Shown piece after piece: positions 42,593-45,907 of a stretch of DNA of 45,907 nt; the first letter of the stretch is position 1; every line of letters begins with the position of its first letter. The notes below the pieces were generated by a model, which did not search any database, was not told the DNA's origin, and saw only the letters and a list, made by a program, of their open reading frames with translations. The DNA lies in IMG/VR virus record IMGVR_UViG_3300005336_000013, positions 1 to 45,907 of that record. One strand, given 5' to 3'. The DNA is from a virus. The translations under genes were made by a program, and so were the position numbers.

Positions 42593-42614
42593 TGGGCACG
42601 GAGGTGCGGTTAGC

Positions 42615-43220
42615 TTAGGGGAGCGGATCGCCTTCTGCCACGGACGGGCCGATGACGATTCCGAGGGTTGCGGCTTCGGGTCGGCTGGCCGCCACAACGG
42701 TCACGTCGATGGTGTCGATGAGGTCGCGCAGTTCGCCAGCATCCAGGTCTGCGTCGGCGTCGATATTCACCGAGGCGGTCCCGGCCTTCAGGAAGTGAAG
42801 CTGAAAACTGAGACCGTCGGTGGCGAGGTCTGAGACCGACACCACGGCGTCATCGGTACTCGTCACTGTGACTGGGTGGTCGGTCTGGTCAATGGGGGCT
42901 GGGTCGTTATTGCTGTCGGCCGGGTGGAGACTGACGAGACACTTGTTTCCTGCGGTCTGGCTGGTCACGAGGTTCATGCGGATGGCTCCCTTGGTTGTAG
43001 GTAAAGGCTTCCCCTCGGGCACCGGTGGGCCGAGGGTCGTGTTCAGAGTGACGGCTTCTCTTCTATTCAAAAGCTCAAGGATCTTCTTGAGCAGCGCTTC
43101 GATCCGATCGAGCTGGCTCTTACGGCGGCTGGGCTTGCGTCCCGGCTCGCCCGTGAATTTCGTCTCGCCGAGCAGCTCCTTGCAGTCATTGAATTCTCGG
43201 TGAAGGTCCTTCTCCCTCAT
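42615..43220 (-). CDS. Protein with an Ig-like (Big_2-type) C-terminal region; last gene of the late block
   Basis: 201 aa from ATG 43220 (GGAAGAGGA upstream). VTVTSTDDAVVSVSDLATDGLSFQLHFLKAGTASVNIDA resembles bacterial Ig-like domains. Confidence 0.4.
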   Translation of the reverse strand: MREKDLHREFNDCKELLGETKFTGEPGRKPSRRKSQLDRIEALLKKILELLNRREAVTLNTTLGPPVPEGKPLPTTKGAIRMNLVTSQTAGNKCLVSLHPADSNNDPAPIDQTDHPVTVTSTDDAVVSVSDLATDGLSFQLHFLKAGTASVNIDADADLDAGELRDLIDTIDVTVVAASRPEAATLGIVIGPSVAEGDPLP

Positions 43221-43312
43221 AGCGTATCCTCTTCCGTGTGGTTTTAGGCGTGATGGAAGCCGCAAGGCCAATGATCTCACCTTCAGCCGAGAAGCGCTAT
43301 GGGGCGAACACC

Positions 43313-43516
43313 CTACTTCCTGGTGGAGGGCTGGACTATCGTGCCTCCGGTGACATCATGGTCCTTCGCGAAGGTACCGAGCAGGCCAACCAGAATGCCC
43401 AGGAGCACGACCATCCAGTTGATGTTGCCGTCCGGGCCGAACCAGCCTACCGTGGTCACTCCGACGATTGCCGCCACCCATCCTAGCACCGTTGTTTTCC
43501 AGTTCTTAAGCATCAA
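43313..43516 (-). CDS. Small membrane protein with two hydrophobic segments (holin-like candidate)
   Basis: 67 aa: MLKNWKTTVLGWVAAIVGVTTVGWF...INWMVVLLGILVGLLGTFA. Confidence 0.4.
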   Translation of the reverse strand: MMLKNWKTTVLGWVAAIVGVTTVGWFGPDGNINWMVVLLGILVGLLGTFAKDHDVTGGTIVQPSTRK

Positions 43517-43531
43517 GGCTCCTTTCAGGAT

Positions 43532-43789
43532 TTAGACGCGCTTCCAGTAGGCGTTGCTCAGGACTTCCATTTCCAACTCCGCATTCCAGGTCTGCCCGGC
43601 ATTGTCTTTCATCTCGTGCCAGGACCTGAACGGACCGATGGCGCTTCCATAGATTGTGATGATTCCAGCCGTGTCTACCTCCACCGTGACCCCGGTCCGT
43701 GGGTGAGTGAAATAGGCCGGCAGCTTGGCTCCAGTCCGCGAGTGCCAAGGCTCATGTTTTCCGTGCTTGGTCACCGGGTTATCAGCCAA
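43532..43789 (-). CDS. Hypothetical protein
   Basis: 85-aa ORF in the lysis-proximal region. Confidence 0.4.
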   Translation of the reverse strand: MADNPVTKHGKHEPWHSRTGAKLPAYFTHPRTGVTVEVDTAGIITIYGSAIGPFRSWHEMKDNAGQTWNAELEMEVLSNAYWKRV

Positions 43790-44112
43790 GTGATGATGGT
43801 GACGACTCCACCGCCGAGCAATGATGCGGCACCAGAAACCACCGCAATGCGCCCGAAGATGTTTGCTTGGGCGTTCTCCAGTGCCCGGATGCCCTTGGTC
43901 AGATCGTCCATCTTCGCCTCAAAGACCTCCCGCGGCACATAGCTGCTCTGCATCTCGCGGAGCCTACCGGCCTCGCCATTCAGCTCAGACAGGCGCCGCA
44001 TATTTTCTGCGTGCTGATGGGATAGGGCAGTGTCTCTCCCCTGGAACAGAAGATCCGTGCGGTCCTTGTTGGCCTGAATCTTCTCTGGGAGAAGTATCTC
44101 CAGGATCGCCAC
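43771..44112 (-). CDS. Coiled-coil protein with a C-terminal transmembrane anchor (start uncertain)
   Basis: GTG 44112 (GGAG 8 nt upstream) avoids overlap with the holin candidate. C-terminal IAVVSGAASLLGGGVVTIITWLI. Confidence 0.35.
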   Translation of the reverse strand: MAILEILLPEKIQANKDRTDLLFQGRDTALSHQHAENMRRLSELNGEAGRLREMQSSYVPREVFEAKMDDLTKGIRALENAQANIFGRIAVVSGAASLLGGGVVTIITWLITR

Positions 44113-44150
44113 CCTGGACTCCAGGGAGTATTTGCAGTCATCCCCATTCC

Positions 44151-44354
44151 TCACCTTCCGTCGACCCTCGGAACTTGGACATTGCTGATGCTGCTGAAGA
44201 CTCCAAAGACGGAGAGCAACCAGAGGACTACGGCGATGATCACCACGACGTTGACGATCTTCTTGATGTTCGCGTCCAGGGGAATGTAGGTGTTGACCAG
44301 CCATAAGCAGATACCGACAATGATCAGCGTGATCACCAAACCGATGAGAGACAT
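44151..44354 (-). CDS. Holin candidate (two transmembrane segments)
   Basis: 67 aa, MSLIGLVITLIIVGICLWLV...VVVIIAVVLWLLSVFGVF. Lies immediately downstream of the endolysin gene. Confidence 0.5.
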   Translation of the reverse strand: MSLIGLVITLIIVGICLWLVNTYIPLDANIKKIVNVVVIIAVVLWLLSVFGVFSSISNVQVPRVDGR

Positions 44355-44362
44355 GGGGACTC

Positions 44363-44725
44363 CTATGCGTCGAAGGTCCAGCCGCGCATTACCTGAACGT
44401 GGATGTGCTCATTCGGCTTGCCGCGGTCCTCGATCTGGGCAAAGAAACCCGAGCCCAGCATCTGAGACAACGTCAGCAGAAAGCGGTCTTTCACGTCTTC
44501 GGCCAAGTCATGGGAGCGGATGTCGACGGCCTCGTTCGTGAAGTGCCGACTCAGCGGAATGGCGCTGTGGGTACTGTCATTGGCGGAGGTGATGTCGAGC
44601 TGGCCGCCAGGGAACCACTCCGGGAAGGCCCGGGCGATGTGAATCAGCACATCCAAGATCCGGACAAGGCCCCAGGTGAAGCCTTTGAATACCACGCCCT
44701 CTTTGCAGATCACCTTCACGCTCAT
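44363..44725 (-). CDS. Endolysin, peptidase M15-like (Zn D-Ala-D-Ala / L-Ala-D-Glu peptidase fold)
   Basis: 120 aa. ITSANDSTHSAIPLSRHFTNEAVDI and NEHIHVQV match the H...D...H zinc-ligand layout of M15 peptidases. Confidence 0.6.
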   Translation of the reverse strand: MSVKVICKEGVVFKGFTWGLVRILDVLIHIARAFPEWFPGGQLDITSANDSTHSAIPLSRHFTNEAVDIRSHDLAEDVKDRFLLTLSQMLGSGFFAQIEDRGKPNEHIHVQVMRGWTFDA

Positions 44726-44877
44726 GCGGCATTCCCAGTCAGCTTGGCGTCATGCCTGGCCTTCCACTGTATGGCCATCTCGTTCTGGGCTCTCTTCCGG
44801 AGTTCGGCCTCTTCCTCAGACGTGGAGCGCCGGTCCTCGGTGATGGCCTTCACGAGCTGCGCCGCAGTCAAGGGCAT
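44722..44877 (-). CDS. Small charged protein
   Basis: 51-aa ORF below the track cutoff: MPLTAAQLVKAITEDRRSTSEEEAELRKRAQNEMAIQWKARHDAKLTGNAA. ATGA overlap with the endolysin start. Confidence 0.4.
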   Translation of the reverse strand: MPLTAAQLVKAITEDRRSTSEEEAELRKRAQNEMAIQWKARHDAKLTGNAA

Positions 44878-45254
44878 GGATCCAGGCTCCTGTTCCCGGC
44901 CTCATCGACAGCTTCCACGGGGGCGGGATTCTCGGGACTTGGCCAAGGCCAGGCGGATAGCCCGCCGATCGGGGGTGTGGGGAGCAGCGGCCCGGGGTTC
45001 AGCACGGGGTCAAAGGTGGTGGAGACCGTCGTGCCGGTTCCTGGGTCCGGTATGTCGGGGGTGAACCGGATCGGGGTTCCTGGCAGAGTTATCGTGCAGC
45101 TGTAAGGCTGGCCTTGGTCATCGAGACAGGTGGATTCGGAACTCTGGCGCATGGTGGCCTGGAAATAGTAGTAGGAGGTCGTCTCTGGGGCACCGAGGCA
45201 GTCGACTGTCACGCGGTCCCAAATCCACAGAGAGAGTAGCAATGAGAGAATCAT
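44868..45254 (-). CDS. Protein with an N-terminal hydrophobic segment and a Pro-rich C-terminus
   Basis: 128 aa. MILSLLLSLWIW..., then DPVLNPGPLLPTPPIGGLSAWPWPSPENPAP. ATGA overlap with the upstream stop. Confidence 0.45.
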   Translation of the reverse strand: MILSLLLSLWIWDRVTVDCLGAPETTSYYYFQATMRQSSESTCLDDQGQPYSCTITLPGTPIRFTPDIPDPGTGTTVSTTFDPVLNPGPLLPTPPIGGLSAWPWPSPENPAPVEAVDEAGNRSLDPCP

Positions 45255-45907
45255 GGTGTAGCCTGAGATGGGCCGATGCGCCCCTCGAGTTTTCTGATGC
45301 GCCGCTTCTCCTTACGAGCCGCCACGGTCCCAGAGACGCCCGGGGCGATGAGAGACTGCAGGGGCGCCGTGAGCTTTGCCGCGGGACGAGCGACAGCGCC
45401 GCGGATGAGCTCGAGGATGGCATCGAGACCCTTAGCGGCCATGCGCTGATCAGGGCTGAAGGCCCGCTGCTGGGCCAGCTTGAAGGCCTCTCCCTCCAGG
45501 TCGACACCCATCTTCTCCCCGACATACTTGATGGCCCGGCGCTCACCCTCGTTCCCTGGCTTGAAGAGGTTCCGGATGGAGGTCTCCAGGGAGTCGAGCT
45601 CCGGCTTGATGGCCTTCTCGGCAACCTCGCGCTTGGACAGCTCGGCGAAGATCTTGTCGGTCAACTCCCGCGCTTCGGCCGGCAACTTCGAGAGAAGGGC
45701 TTCCTTGATCTGGGGCCGCACGTTCGCGAGCGCTTCAGCGAGGGCTGCATCCTTCGGTTCGCCGGAGGCTTTGTAGATTCGATTGTCCAGTTCCTTGGTC
45801 AGGAACTCATCCACTTCGCTGGGGGTCAGGTCGGGTCGCACCTGCCGGATCACCTTGGCCGGGGTCCCGGCCGTAGGCATCCCTGGCTTCTGCCCGGCAT
45901 AGGGATT
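45251..45907 (-). CDS. C-terminal part of the junction-spanning virion-module gene (see 1..889)
   Basis: The frame of ORF 45251..45880 stays open to 45907 and continues in frame at position 41 onward on the minus strand. Confidence 0.6.
   Translation of the reverse strand, partial: NPYAGQKPGMPTAGTPAKVIRQVRPDLTPSEVDEFLTKELDNRIYKASGEPKDAALAEALANVRPQIKEALLSKLPAEARELTDKIFAELSKREVAEKAIKPELDSLETSIRNLFKPGNEGERRAIKYVGEKMGVDLEGEAFKLAQQRAFSPDQRMAAKGLDAILELIRGAVARPAAKLTAPLQSLIAPGVSGTVAARKEKRRIRKLEGRIGPSQATP
45868..45907. repeat. Terminal direct repeat copy 2 (identical to 1..40)
   Basis: Exact 40/40 match to the first 40 nt. Confidence 0.9.

Noticed and set aside
1-45907. Search for tRNA genes, CRISPR repeats and diversity-generating retroelement (TR/VR plus RT) signatures
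   Set aside because: By-eye scanning found no T-loop-type GTTCGAATC-like cloverleaf candidates, no regularly spaced direct repeats and no reverse-transcriptase-sized or YxDD-containing ORF. Dedicated tools (tRNAscan-SE, minced, DGR finders) should confirm this.

Overview
The window looks like a complete, circularly closed genome of a GC-rich tailed dsDNA phage. The first 40 nt equal the last 40 nt, giving a unique length of 45,867 bp, and one minus-strand gene reads in frame across the junction. Gene content is podovirus-like: I recognise a large terminase, portal, scaffold, HK97-type major capsid protein, adaptor- and nozzle-sized proteins, several Thr/Ser/Gly-rich fibre proteins and internal-virion-type proteins. 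I saw no tape-measure-sized ORF. There appear to be three transcription blocks. (1) A minus-strand late morphogenesis/lysis block runs 22508 down to 1, continues 45907 down to 42615, and ends at a rho-independent terminator. (2) A plus-strand block (22626 to 34894) starts at a consensus TTGACA-N17-TAGATT promoter with a nearly leaderless XRE regulator. It carries a sugar-modification island with four glycosyltransferase-like genes, an FkbM-type methyltransferase and a radical SAM enzyme, interspersed with HNH nucleases. A fifth glycosyltransferase-like gene sits next to the portal gene. (3) A minus-strand early block (42383 down to 34876) starts at a second sigma70-like promoter with a Cro-like HTH. 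It encodes recombination-type proteins, many small Zn-ribbon/Cys-rich proteins and three signal-peptide proteins, one of them a tandem-PDZ protein. Six HNH/endonuclease-VII genes are present. I recognised no tRNA, rRNA, CRISPR array, integrase, DNA polymerase, primase/helicase or reverse transcriptase. All functional calls come from motif recognition by eye, gene order, codon third-position GC and start/stop coupling. No database or HMM search was possible, so family names are hypotheses to verify.
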